Of a stretch of 64,000 bases of DNA, positions 25,936 through 35,414 are shown piece after piece (the first letter of the stretch is position 1; each line of letters opens with the position of its first letter). The stretch lies in the IMG/VR virus record IMGVR_UViG_3300050501_000322; one strand, 5' to 3'. The notes under the pieces are model-generated. The model saw only the letters and a program-made list of their open reading frames with translations. It was not told the origin of the DNA and did no database searches. A program made the position numbers and the translations under genes. The stretch comes from a virus.

Positions 25936-28227
25936 GTGCTCGGCCAGACGCTCCAGGTAACGCAGCGCAATCATCCGACAGGAGAGGCCGGGGTTTTTAG
26001 CTCCTTGGAGCAGGTCGCGCGCCGAGTTTCTCAGGGATCGGTTCACCCGAAGGTTCGAGCTTGGTCGATTGAGCAGCTTGACAGGGCTCGAAAAGTCAAC
26101 GGCATTCCCTGCAACACCGATCGGCAGCGTGCGCAGGTTCTTCTGAGAGCCGTTCAGAAAAAGCTTTGGGTTCCGGACCCAACGCACAGCGAATACATGG
26201 TCGGCGCGCATCTCATGGCGTGCGACCGGTCGACGAAGGACGAGATCTGCTTTTTGAGCGGAGACTGTTTTGCAGAGGGCACGCTGATGCTGGCTCTCGG
26301 TCACGAGTTCGTTCCGGTAGAGCACCTGAAACCTGGAATGAAAATCTGGGGACTCGATCGATGGTCGGAAGTACAGCAGGTCACGTACAAGGGGACGCTC
26401 TCGGTCGATTACATTGAGCTGAACAATGGAGGTCAGCTCAAGCTCACCGGCGACCATCACGTTTACGTACTCGACTGCCGCGAGCATCCGATGCTCAGCG
26501 AAGACGGATTGGCGCTGCCTGAGGATCGAGCTTGGCGCGCTCCGAGCGAGGACAAGCCTCGTAACGGTAACGGGTGTTCTTGCGATCTTTCGGCGCGCGA
26601 TGAAAAGCGCATCCGAGTCTCCGAGCTTCGACGCGGCATGGTCTTGCCGACGCCAGAGCGAATCGCGTTCGGCCGAGAGGCGCTCGATCCGAAGCGTGCG
26701 TACGTCGAGGGGCTTTTTATTGCTGACGGTTGGGCCGAGAACTACCGTTTCGCCATTAGCGGCCAAGACAATTGCCCGAAGGAGGAGCAGAAGCGGGAAG
26801 TTCAGAAGATCTGCGAAGACCTTGGTCTGCACACGCGCTGGCATCGAAAATATTTGGCTGTGAATGACAAGGAGTGGGCGCTGCGAATGCAGCTCATGGG
26901 TAACGGAGCCACGAACAAGCACTTCTTGTCGCTTGATCTGAACGAAGACGCTGCTCTCGCTTCGCTCGTGGGCGTGATGGCGGACAGCGGCAAGAATACC
27001 AAGGGCGAGGGACGAACTTTCACGACGACGTCCCGGCTTTTGGCGCTCCAGGTTCGGGTGTTGCACAAGATGTTTGGAACGGATTGCGGATCACGTCGCA
27101 TCGAGAATCACGGGGGCTTGGGCAGCAACGCGATCTATCGTCTTGGCACTCGACCAACCAAGAGCATGCTGCTTCGCGTACGATCCATCGAGCGCGATGT
27201 GGCGGAGCTGCCGTGTTGGGATATCCAGACCGACGATCATCGCGTCTACTTGCCTGAGCACGACGTCACTGTATCGCAGTGCGACGATCTAGTTATTCTG
27301 CTCGGCTCTTGTTTCTTGTCGGTCGGTCTGAATGTGATGGTTGTAGGCCACGCCTACGGATCCTCAAAAAATATTTCTCACGTCCTCACGGCCGTTCGTG
27401 TTGACGGTCGATGGCACTACGCCGACCCGACCCCTGATGACTTCAATCTCGGTGAGTGTGTCGAATTTTCTCGCGAGCGCATTTTGAGCGTTCCGAACAT
27501 TCAAGTTTTGTGCGACGACGATGTTTGTTTGTCCGACAAGACGGCGTATCACCCAGAAAAGAACGACTTCGTGACCGAGGGCTACTCAGTTGGCGTCGAC
27601 GGCGTGCCGAAAAATGGCAAGCCAAAATTCTACTGGCTCCGAAAACCGACTCCCGAGATGCTCGGTCAGACTTTGAAAGAGCGGGGCGAGGCGGTGATGG
27701 ATGCTTGCCTCGACGTGAGTCTTCGGGCTGACGTCTCGACGGCCGCGGCTCGCGAGCGTTCGTTCGGCAGCGGCGCTCGTTGCGCGGCTGACGCCTATTG
27801 CGCGACGTTTGCCGTTCCTCCCGGAATTTGCTCGACGGTTGTCGGTCCGGTGGCTGACGCTATCGCAAATCTCTGGAGTGGCATCTTCGGCGGTGATCCG
27901 TCGGTTGACTGCTCGAAGGTGAGCACGTTTGATCCCTGCCACGACTGCAAGCTCCTCGCCGAGTGCGCTAAGCGGTACCCGATTCCTCCGGGTTTCCCAA
28001 ACTACCTCGAGGATCAGATCAGGACCCAGAACATCGCCCGGTGCCTGAGTGAGACGCGGAAGTCTTGTTACGAGGCTGAGCGAAAGAGGATTGCCGCGGC
28101 GACGCTCGAAGTTGCGCACCGAGCCGCAGCGGACGCGAAAAAGAAGCAGGATCAGAAGAAGCTCGTGGCCTCCGTTGGCGTCGGGGCAGCAGCCGGCGCG
28201 GCGCTGTGGTATTTCTGGTTGCGGTAA
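25936..28227 (+). CDS. transglutaminase-like cysteine protease interrupted by an intein; C-terminal TM anchor
   Basis: After splicing reads SGD|CDDLVILLGS...SHVL...YADP (Cys-His-Asp triad); ends AGAALWYFWLR. Confidence 0.85.
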   Translation: MLGQTLQVTQRNHPTGEAGVFSSLEQVARRVSQGSVHPKVRAWSIEQLDRARKVNGIPCNTDRQRAQVLLRAVQKKLWVPDPTHSEYMVGAHLMACDRSTKDEICFLSGDCFAEGTLMLALGHEFVPVEHLKPGMKIWGLDRWSEVQQVTYKGTLSVDYIELNNGGQLKLTGDHHVYVLDCREHPMLSEDGLALPEDRAWRAPSEDKPRNGNGCSCDLSARDEKRIRVSELRRGMVLPTPERIAFGREALDPKRAYVEGLFIADGWAENYRFAISGQDNCPKEEQKREVQKICEDLGLHTRWHRKYLAVNDKEWALRMQLMGNGATNKHFLSLDLNEDAALASLVGVMADSGKNTKGEGRTFTTTSRLLALQVRVLHKMFGTDCGSRRIENHGGLGSNAIYRLGTRPTKSMLLRVRSIERDVAELPCWDIQTDDHRVYLPEHDVTVSQCDDLVILLGSCFLSVGLNVMVVGHAYGSSKNISHVLTAVRVDGRWHYADPTPDDFNLGECVEFSRERILSVPNIQVLCDDDVCLSDKTAYHPEKNDFVTEGYSVGVDGVPKNGKPKFYWLRKPTPEMLGQTLKERGEAVMDACLDVSLRADVSTAAARERSFGSGARCAADAYCATFAVPPGICSTVVGPVADAIANLWSGIFGGDPSVDCSKVSTFDPCHDCKLLAECAKRYPIPPGFPNYLEDQIRTQNIARCLSETRKSCYEAERKRIAAATLEVAHRAAADAKKKQDQKKLVASVGVGAAAGAALWYFWLR
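26266..27279 (+). mobile_element. intein (338 aa) with LAGLIDADG homing endonuclease
   Basis: Block A CFAEGTLML, block B LTGDH, EN motifs VEGLFIADG and LVGVMADSG, TTTSRLLA, block F WDIQT, ends HDVTVSQ before Cys+1. Confidence 0.92.
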
Positions 28228-28367
28228 TGAAGCTCGTCTGGCTAGGTCAGGTCGACGTCCAGCGCGTTGATTCGCCGACGTGGACGCGCATGGAGAAGCT
28301 CACGGCCGCCGGGATCGCGCTCGGCGTGGCGAGCCTGATTTGGTCGATGTACCAGAGGGCGAAATGA
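28227..28367 (+). CDS. small membrane protein, WLGQ-tag family (46 aa)
   Basis: MKLVWLGQ...AGIALGVASLIW; coupled at both ends. Confidence 0.6.
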   Translation: MKLVWLGQVDVQRVDSPTWTRMEKLTAAGIALGVASLIWSMYQRAK

Positions 28368-29179
28368 ACCTTCAGTATCTCGCGGCTCCCGAGGATGTCG
28401 ATGTCGCGGCGTGGGGCAAGTACTTCCAGGGCGTTCGAAACCAACTTCAGGGCACGCTCGACGACATGCTCGGCGCGTATCGGACGTACAAGAAAATTCG
28501 CGAGTCGTTCGGGATGTCGTTGGTCGTCTCTCCCGGTGAGGGGATTTCTGCTGCGGGAGCCATCACTCGCTCATTGAGCCAGCAGGCGCTCGAGCTCGCT
28601 TCGATGGCGGACATTGGGATCATGGCGCTCGATGATGCGCTCGCGAACAAGAGAAAAATTGGTTGGGACCGAGCGGCCGAGACGTTTCAAATCGAGCGGC
28701 TGCCGACCGACGCGAGCAGGATCGAGACTCCGGGCGGAGTCCCGACGCTCATCTCGAACGCGACCAATCAACCGGTCCAGATCACGGGAACGCTCGGCAT
28801 TGCTCCGATTGTCTGGGTGGGGCTCGGCATCGCCGGCGTCGTCGTCACGGTGGGCGCGCTCTACACCGTGAACACGGCGATGGAGAGCGCGACAACGATC
28901 ATCCAGGAGCAGACGCGGAAGACGATCGCGCTGAAGTCGATGGAGCTCGTCGAGCAAGGCAAGGCGACTCCGGAAGAGGCGAAGAAGCTTCAGACCGCAA
29001 CGTACGAGGCGGCTGCTGATCTCGAAGCAGCCAAGGGAAGTGCCGCCGCGAAGACCGGGCTCACGCCCGACACAAACAAGACCATTCGGACCGTCGCGAT
29101 CGTCGCCCTGATTGGCGGCGGTCTCTACTTGGTCTCGAAGTTCGTTCCGAGCCGCGAGCCGCGGATCATTCCGGCTTGA
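28364..29179 (+). CDS. two-TM virion membrane protein
   Basis: MNLQYLAA start; TMs IVWVGLGIAGVVVTVGALY and VAIVALIGGGLYLV. Confidence 0.65.
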   Translation: MNLQYLAAPEDVDVAAWGKYFQGVRNQLQGTLDDMLGAYRTYKKIRESFGMSLVVSPGEGISAAGAITRSLSQQALELASMADIGIMALDDALANKRKIGWDRAAETFQIERLPTDASRIETPGGVPTLISNATNQPVQITGTLGIAPIVWVGLGIAGVVVTVGALYTVNTAMESATTIIQEQTRKTIALKSMELVEQGKATPEEAKKLQTATYEAAADLEAAKGSAAAKTGLTPDTNKTIRTVAIVALIGGGLYLVSKFVPSREPRIIPA

Positions 29180-29182
29180 GCG

Positions 29183-29743
29183 ATGGTCGCTCGCGTCGCC
29201 GAAGCCTGTAATTCGAAGCTCTGCGCGCACCTGCTCGTGCGCGGCGACCAGATCGAGTTCGTTTCACTAGAGCAAGCACGCCGTGTGAAGTGCGGTCCTA
29301 AGAGCTGCCCGACTGCGCTCGATGAAAAAGCCATGCCGAGCGACATCAAGCTCCCGCGAAGCTACGTGCTCGTCCACGACACGACGGGAGATCTGCTCAG
29401 CCGGTGCGAGTTTTACGTGGTCGATTACTATCCGACCAAAATTAACGACGTGTCAAAGCTACATCAAAATGACATCGAAGCTGCCCGTTCATATTTCTCC
29501 ATGGGAGACAATCCAACGGACACGATTCGCTTGGCAACTGGGCGCATCGTGCTGCCCAAAGGTCCGTGGAAGCGAACGGCCAAAATTAGGCTGATCCGCT
29601 ATCGCCGGCACAATTACGAGATGGGCTTCGAGCACCTCTACGATCCTCCCGTGTGGCTCTCATTTTCTGAGCGCTCGAGGGCGTGGAAATTGTCGCTACC
29701 AAATTCGTGCGTCGTGACTCAGGATGGATTCATAAAACCTTGA
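29183..29743 (+). CDS. hypothetical protein
   Basis: 186-aa ORF. Confidence 0.55.
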   Translation: MVARVAEACNSKLCAHLLVRGDQIEFVSLEQARRVKCGPKSCPTALDEKAMPSDIKLPRSYVLVHDTTGDLLSRCEFYVVDYYPTKINDVSKLHQNDIEAARSYFSMGDNPTDTIRLATGRIVLPKGPWKRTAKIRLIRYRRHNYEMGFEHLYDPPVWLSFSERSRAWKLSLPNSCVVTQDGFIKP

Positions 29744-29745
29744 CG

Positions 29746-29775
29746 TTGACAGTTTGAATTGCGCGAGACCATAAT
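29746..29775 (+). promoter_or_regulatory. sigma70-like promoter for the core/capsid operon
   Basis: TTGACA (29746-29751), 18 nt, CATAAT (29770-29775). Confidence 0.45.
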
Positions 29776-29893
29776 GCGACACACAAGGGCGTGGCTCCGT
29801 ATCCGGCAGCAGTTGAGATCGCGAAGACCGAATCCGGTCTCGTCGAACGCTGCCATTGCGGTGAGCGTTGCTTCGAAAGAGGAGAACCCCACA

Positions 29894-31372
29894 GTGGCTA
29901 GACGTATGCCGCCGAGAAACAAGAAGGGCCGTTTCATGAAGCGCGGATCGAAGCGTCGTCGGCGCCGAGGACGGAATCCAGTCGCCGTGGCGGCCACTCC
30001 CGCTGCTCGCCAGCCGAACCGCGCGCGCCGTCGCCGCCGCAAGCGCCGGAAGAATCCGGTCGCGGCCGCTCCCGCCGTCGCCCATCGCAGGACGAACCGC
30101 GTTCGTGCGCGTCGTTCAGCTCCGCGTCGCCGTCGTCGCCGGAAGAATCCGGTAACGCTCCGGGCGAACGCCGTTCGCCGGTCGCGTCGTACTGGTCGTT
30201 TCACCAGAGGCAAAGAGCGCCGTCGTCGTCGGCGCGGCAAGGTCTCGACTCGCTCGAGTCAATCGGGAGCGCGCCGAGTCGGCGCTCGTCGTCGAAACAC
30301 TCGATACAAGAGCGTGAGCGGCTACCGCCGCAAGGGTCGAGTTCGAGGACATCGCCGCCGAGTGAATCCCGTCGGTCTCGGCGGACTGATGAAGAATCAG
30401 TTCAGCCGAACCCGTCTCGCCGAGTACGGCGTAGGCGTCCTCGGTATCGGCATCGGCGTTACCGTTGCCGACCTCGTCGATCGTTGGGTTGCCACGATGC
30501 CGCCTGAGGGCGGCTCGAATCCGTGGTTCGGCCGTAATGCCGCCGCTGCGTACCAGCGTCGTCCGGACATCATGCGGTTCGGAGCTCAGGGCCTCGGCGC
30601 TCTGATCTCGATGGTCCTCACGTACGCGACCAGGAACATGAAGGGTCTGCCGTGGTTCTTCGGCGGTCTCGCCGGAGGCTTCGGCGTCAACATCGTCCAG
30701 CAGGGACTCCGCTGGTACGTGATGCCGATGCTCTTGAAGAGCGATAACCCGAACGAGGCGGTTCTCGCGAATCGCTTGTACCCGCTCGAGCAGAAGGTCG
30801 TTCAGGACCCGGTTGCAGCAGCGTTCGAAAGCTTGACTGGTCAGCTCGGTGCCGCGCAGGCGGCCGGTGTTCCGGTCTCGATCAGTCCGCTCGCTTCAGC
30901 GCCTCCGCCTGGCGGCGTCTACTCACTCGGCAAGCAAGGCAACGGTCAGCGTTACTTGATTCCGACCGGCAAGCTCGGCATGTGCGAGAGCTGTGGCGGC
31001 AACGGTGGCTGCTACAACGACTGCCCCGACTACAACTGTGATGGTTGTGGCAAGGGCGAGGCCGAGTACGAGATGGAGCACGGAGACGACATGGGCACGA
31101 TGATGGCGGAAGCCGGCGTCGCACCCGCAGTCGTCTACGGCCTGAACCAAGGCAGGACCTCCTTCGCCAAGGGCGAGATGGTGCGCGTGCCCCACGCGCT
31201 CGGTCGCTACCTCGTTCGGCGCGACGCCGAGAGGCAGCGGCTCGCCGGAGTTCCTCACGGCACTCCGAACCGCATCATCGACGAAGATGACGAGCACTTC
31301 GCGAACGGAAAGCACTTCAGCGCCGGCAACGACGCTGCCATGTCGCTCATGATGGACTCGGTCGCCGAGTAA
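29894..31372 (+). CDS. Arg-rich 'RxNP' putative core protein with membrane segments, Cys cluster and LysM-like C-terminus
   Basis: SD GAGGAG then GTG 29894; poly-Arg blocks ending GRNP/RKNP/RVNP; hydrophobic segments; CESC...C...C...CDGC; YEMEHGDD...VYGLN...KGEMVRVP. Confidence 0.65.
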   Translation: MARRMPPRNKKGRFMKRGSKRRRRRGRNPVAVAATPAARQPNRARRRRRKRRKNPVAAAPAVAHRRTNRVRARRSAPRRRRRRKNPVTLRANAVRRSRRTGRFTRGKERRRRRRGKVSTRSSQSGARRVGARRRNTRYKSVSGYRRKGRVRGHRRRVNPVGLGGLMKNQFSRTRLAEYGVGVLGIGIGVTVADLVDRWVATMPPEGGSNPWFGRNAAAAYQRRPDIMRFGAQGLGALISMVLTYATRNMKGLPWFFGGLAGGFGVNIVQQGLRWYVMPMLLKSDNPNEAVLANRLYPLEQKVVQDPVAAAFESLTGQLGAAQAAGVPVSISPLASAPPPGGVYSLGKQGNGQRYLIPTGKLGMCESCGGNGGCYNDCPDYNCDGCGKGEAEYEMEHGDDMGTMMAEAGVAPAVVYGLNQGRTSFAKGEMVRVPHALGRYLVRRDAERQRLAGVPHGTPNRIIDEDDEHFANGKHFSAGNDAAMSLMMDSVAE

Positions 31373-31450
31373 TTTTTCAACAAAGACCAGTAACCAAGAA
31401 CTGGGAGCGACCTGGTACAGGAACCTGGGAGCTCCCGAGGACGAGATCAG

Positions 31451-32749
31451 ATGCAGAAGAAGACAGCACTCACCAAGAGACTCTCGGGCAAGGAGTCGAT
31501 CGTCGCCAAGCCCGGTGACTTTCAGAGTCTCTCCTCGATCAAGGGTCTCGGGCAGATGCTCGGGCAGGCCAATCAGTACAAGATTCCGACGTACTACTAC
31601 GACTACACGTGCTTCGATCTCCCGCTCACGGACGAAGAGTTCGACGCGGAGTTTATGAGCACGCGGAACGTCTTCGACTGCGGACCCGGGACCGAGGTGA
31701 ACTGCGGCCGGCAAACCAACGCGCTCTGCGGCTCGGGCGTCGGAGCGCCGTTCGTGGCGACCGGCATCTGCATCCTCGCCATCGGCGAGGGGCGCTCGTT
31801 CGCGATCCACGGCGCGACCGTGCCTGCGCCGACCGCGGCCGGCTCGGCTCAGCCTGAGCTCCAGTCCGTCGCGCTCACGACTCCTGGAAACCTCCAGGGT
31901 GTCGTAGACATCAACGCCTCTCCGGCCGGAGTCGGCGCGCTTGCCGCGACGCTCTGGTGGGGAGGTCCGACGCACCTCTTCATCGAGAAGTACTTCCAGG
32001 CTTTCCGCCTGAATGTGCTCATGAACCGCCGATTCTTGTTCGTCGACGAGGCGCTTCAAGATGTCGGCATGTGCCCGAACATCCCGACCTTCGAGGGTGC
32101 CTCGAGCTCGCAGATCCCGACCCAGCCGTTCATCCGCGCGGTCAACGACGTCCTCAGCGAGAAGGGTCAGACTCGCCGGTTTCTTCCGGCCAACACTGGA
32201 GTCGCTGGCACCGGTCCCGACTGTTTGCCGCCCCCCATCGCCGGCGTCACTTACGGTCACAACCAGATCCAGCACCTGGCGAACAGGCTCTACTGCTTCC
32301 CGCAACCGTTGCTATTTTTGCCGGGTATGCGGTTCGATATCCAGTTCGTGCCGATCGAGGACGCGGCGTGTTTCAGAGCACTCCGGAGTGCAGTCACCTT
32401 CAACTGCCAGGGTCTCGACGAGAACTTCGGCGCCGGCATCAACAACGTCACGGCCACGGCATCTTGCGGCACGAGCTGCACGGTTCCCGGTGGCCGCATC
32501 TGCCTCGGTGTCATCCTGAAGGGCTACGAGCTCTGGCCTTCGGCGTGCATCGAGTACATGCAGCAGTACGTTTCGGCGGGCAGCGTCACGGCCGCGATGG
32601 TCGCTGGCGTTCCGGCCGGTCGCCAGCTTCTCGATCAGGCAATCAAGAAGGGTTACGATTTGGCGACGATGCCGAGTGGCCAGAAAAACGAGAATCCGGG
32701 CCGTCTCGCTGGCATCTTGAACACTAGGGAGCCGAACCCGAACACCTGA
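31451..32749 (+). CDS. candidate major capsid protein (jelly-roll type)
   Basis: Beta-rich 432 aa after the Arg-rich gene; final strand ICLGVILKGYEL; strong hairpin immediately downstream; no HK97 features. Positional and compositional inference only. Confidence 0.5.
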   Translation: MQKKTALTKRLSGKESIVAKPGDFQSLSSIKGLGQMLGQANQYKIPTYYYDYTCFDLPLTDEEFDAEFMSTRNVFDCGPGTEVNCGRQTNALCGSGVGAPFVATGICILAIGEGRSFAIHGATVPAPTAAGSAQPELQSVALTTPGNLQGVVDINASPAGVGALAATLWWGGPTHLFIEKYFQAFRLNVLMNRRFLFVDEALQDVGMCPNIPTFEGASSSQIPTQPFIRAVNDVLSEKGQTRRFLPANTGVAGTGPDCLPPPIAGVTYGHNQIQHLANRLYCFPQPLLFLPGMRFDIQFVPIEDAACFRALRSAVTFNCQGLDENFGAGINNVTATASCGTSCTVPGGRICLGVILKGYELWPSACIEYMQQYVSAGSVTAAMVAGVPAGRQLLDQAIKKGYDLATMPSGQKNENPGRLAGILNTREPNPNT

Positions 32750-32768
32750 TTTCGAGGTCCATTTTGAA

Positions 32769-32796
32769 GGGGCGTCACCGCTTGGTGTGACGCCCC
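32769..32796 (+). terminator. GC-rich stem-loop (attenuator or mRNA stabiliser) after the capsid candidate
   Basis: GGGGCGTCAC-N8-GTGACGCCCC, perfect 10-bp stem, no U-tract. Confidence 0.6.
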
Positions 32797-32808
32797 CCGG
32801 AGAAGCGC

Positions 32809-33498
32809 GTGAACGCACCTGCCATCGTCAAAGGCGCCTCGATTCTCAGGCCGGAGACCAAGATCTACGGCGTGGGGCTCGGAGAGCTGGCTCTGGCCGA
32901 CCCTAGGCTCGCTCGGAGCTTTGCGCTCCGTCCGGACCTTTTCGGGACCTGCACACCCGCGTGCGGTTGGGGCGGGATCGAATGGGTAAACATCTCCGGC
33001 TGCTTCACCTCTGGAGCAATTCAGACCGTCAAGGGTGAGGTCTGCGGCATCACGACCGATCTCTGGGTGCGGTTCATCAAATACACGGTGCGCCGGCCGA
33101 ACGCGTTCGCAGGAAATATCCTGAAGGCGCAGAGCGATTACTACAACGCGCTCAATCCCAACATTGACTTCACGCTCATCATCAAGAGCCGCTGCAAGTA
33201 CATTCTCTCGCCCGATCCAACGCCGCTCGAGAACATCACCGATACATTCGACTGCATCTGTCCGGTCGGTTTCGAGATTGGCTGCGCGGCGATCCTCCAG
33301 GCGGAGTTCACGAACAAGCGCGAGCTCGCGGCAGATGAGATCCCGACCGAGGTCGTCGTGACGCTCGGAACGATCCCGCTCCCGACGCCCTACGAGGCTT
33401 GCACGCAGATCGATGCGATTCGTGAGCTCGCGGCTCAGGGCCTGCTCCCGAGCGACTGCTGTCCTGTCGGTCCGGGCGGACACGCCGGGAGTTACTAG
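32809..33498 (+). CDS. putative second or minor capsid protein (beta-rich)
   Basis: 229 aa, Cys-rich, strand-like FTLIIK and EVVVTLG. Confidence 0.45.
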   Translation: MNAPAIVKGASILRPETKIYGVGLGELALADPRLARSFALRPDLFGTCTPACGWGGIEWVNISGCFTSGAIQTVKGEVCGITTDLWVRFIKYTVRRPNAFAGNILKAQSDYYNALNPNIDFTLIIKSRCKYILSPDPTPLENITDTFDCICPVGFEIGCAAILQAEFTNKRELAADEIPTEVVVTLGTIPLPTPYEACTQIDAIRELAAQGLLPSDCCPVGPGGHAGSY

Positions 33499-33503
33499 TC
33501 CCC

Positions 33504-34370
33504 ATGGAGCCGGGTAAGCTCCGGCTGGCGACGGGGACGCACGAGGATCTCCCGTGTGAGGTGGTCCAGATCCAGTCGGGGGCGTCGTTCGATGCAGACC
33601 TGACGGGTATCGGTGGCTCTCCCGCCCGAGGCGACATGGGCCAGACGGGCGTCGTAGTCCCGCCCGAAGCGACGACCGGCCAGGACAATCGCTACCTCTT
33701 TCGGCTTGCCGTCGTCACGATCCCGAGCGGGTCGGCTATCGCCATCCGCGGGCTCATGCAGGCAGCGACGATCCGCGCGCTCGTCACGACAACTGCGACG
33801 ATCAGCGGAGCGACAGTCACGGGTCCGACGATTCCGTTCGAGCAGGACATCACGAGTCCTTTCTGGCACTTACCGTTCGGTAACATCAGTTGGCACCTCC
33901 GGCACAAGCAAACGAAGGCTGCCGCCGACGTCCATGACCCCGCTCAGGTTGCGGGAACGAGTCCGAAGATCGATGGCATGGACGCCACGCTCTTCTACGC
34001 GCAGCTCTTTCCGTACGTGACGCTCCGAGGCGGCATACCTCCAGGGAAAGCTATCGGCGATCTCGGAACGTTTCGCGACATCCGCTTCCCGTGGGGCACG
34101 ATGGACTTCGGTCTCAGTCACTTCGTGATGGGACCGGGTCAGGTCGCGCTCTACGCTTCGGTGTTCCAGCCCGACCGGAGCGTCTGGACGTTGACGGGGG
34201 CCGGTGGGGCGACGGGACAGGTCGCGATCACTGCGCGGGACGGCTGGCGCGAAGAGGACAAGTTCTTCGCGAGTAATGGCCCGTCGAACGTCGTCTACGG
34301 GCGCGTCGCGGGAGCAATCATCTACGAGCCGTTCCCTTGCTGCGAGGCAACTTTCAAAGGAAATTTATGA
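33504..34370 (+). CDS. putative minor capsid or vertex protein
   Basis: 288 aa beta-rich ORF in the same operon. Confidence 0.45.
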   Translation: MEPGKLRLATGTHEDLPCEVVQIQSGASFDADLTGIGGSPARGDMGQTGVVVPPEATTGQDNRYLFRLAVVTIPSGSAIAIRGLMQAATIRALVTTTATISGATVTGPTIPFEQDITSPFWHLPFGNISWHLRHKQTKAAADVHDPAQVAGTSPKIDGMDATLFYAQLFPYVTLRGGIPPGKAIGDLGTFRDIRFPWGTMDFGLSHFVMGPGQVALYASVFQPDRSVWTLTGAGGATGQVAITARDGWREEDKFFASNGPSNVVYGRVAGAIIYEPFPCCEATFKGNL

Positions 34371-34903
34371 TGAAACTCCAGTGGCTAGGTCAGCCTTCGT
34401 ACGAGACCTGCTTCGCTCAGGACCCGAACTTTGACGGGTGCTGGCGAAACTCGTTCCGCCAGGCGCAGCTCGAGTGTGACCAGACGACTCAGGGCTACCC
34501 GAACTACAACGCTTGCGTGGAAGGTCGAGCTCGGCGGATCGCGAACCAGGTCTGCATTCCCGCCTGCGAGGCGTATCTCCGCGGCGCTGACGAGTATCCC
34601 TGGGGCGTCAGGAACAACAACACGTGCGAGCTTCAACGCGATCTCAACACGGCCCTCGTCGCAGAGGGTTATAACCCCATCACGGTTGACTGCGTGCTCG
34701 GTCCCGCGACCTGCGGCGCATCTGACGCTCTCGGTCGCGGCGTGCCGGCGGGGTGCGTCGGTCGGCCAAGGACTCCGCCGACGCGCGGGCCTCAGGGAAG
34801 GCCGCCTCCGGCGCCAGTCGCCAAGAAAAGCCGCGCCGGTCTTCTCGCAGCTGGTGCAGCTCTACTCATCGGTGGGCTCGTCATCTACGCGCAGGGCGGA
34901 TGA
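34367..34903 (+). CDS. WLGQ-tag membrane protein with a peptidoglycan-binding-like domain
   Basis: MMKLQWLGQ; LQRDLN...GY...VDCVLGPATC; C-terminal TM. Confidence 0.6.
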   Translation: MMKLQWLGQPSYETCFAQDPNFDGCWRNSFRQAQLECDQTTQGYPNYNACVEGRARRIANQVCIPACEAYLRGADEYPWGVRNNNTCELQRDLNTALVAEGYNPITVDCVLGPATCGASDALGRGVPAGCVGRPRTPPTRGPQGRPPPAPVAKKSRAGLLAAGAALLIGGLVIYAQGG

Positions 34904-35232
34904 ACTTTCGGTGGCTCTCCCAGTTCGGCTATCGGCTGGCTCCTACTTTGGCTCCAGCCGGGCCGCCCGCGTACGTGGTTCAGGCGTATCGCCCTGAGTC
35001 TCCGTCGGGCGGCAAGTGGCTCCTGATGACGCAGTACACGAAATATTTTCCAGACTCCAATTACGTCGGAGCCTACTTCGATGATCTCTGTCGCCGGGGA
35101 CGCTCACTCGCTCCGACGGTCACTTCGAAGAGTTTGTTCTCGAGTAAGACCAGGAATTTTCCGGTCATCATCAAGCAGTTCATGAAGGACGCTTCAGGTA
35201 ACTGGGTTCTCCAGAGGGAGTGTCAAAAATGA
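34900..35232 (+). CDS. WLGQ-tag protein
   Basis: MNFRWLSQ; ATGA coupling. Confidence 0.6.
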   Translation: MNFRWLSQFGYRLAPTLAPAGPPAYVVQAYRPESPSGGKWLLMTQYTKYFPDSNYVGAYFDDLCRRGRSLAPTVTSKSLFSSKTRNFPVIIKQFMKDASGNWVLQRECQK

Positions 35233-35414
35233 AACTCCGATTCGCTGGTCAAGACGAGAGTATTCCCGGCATCTCGATCGAGTGCGCGAAATGTGAGGTT
35301 TGGGAGAAGCAGACCGGTTCGGTGACGACCGGATGCCAGTGTGGTCCTGACCCTCTGAAGATCGGCGGGGCACTCGCGGTCGCGGGTCTGGTCGCTTGGT
35401 ACTTCATGCGATGA
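35229..35414 (+). CDS. WLGQ-tag small membrane protein
   Basis: MKLRFAGQ; 4 Cys; C-terminal TM. Confidence 0.6.
   Translation: MKLRFAGQDESIPGISIECAKCEVWEKQTGSVTTGCQCGPDPLKIGGALAVAGLVAWYFMR

Noticed and set aside
24865-27066. 733-aa minus-strand ORF
   Set aside because: Antisense shadow of real + strand genes in GC-rich DNA; no recognisable motifs. Same for 30923-32305, 4973-5734, 12372-13451 and 15698-16675
29759-29893. N-terminal extension of the Arg-rich protein from TTG 29759
   Set aside because: Overlaps the promoter-like element; a good SD supports GTG 29894, although the extension does contain one RRPNP
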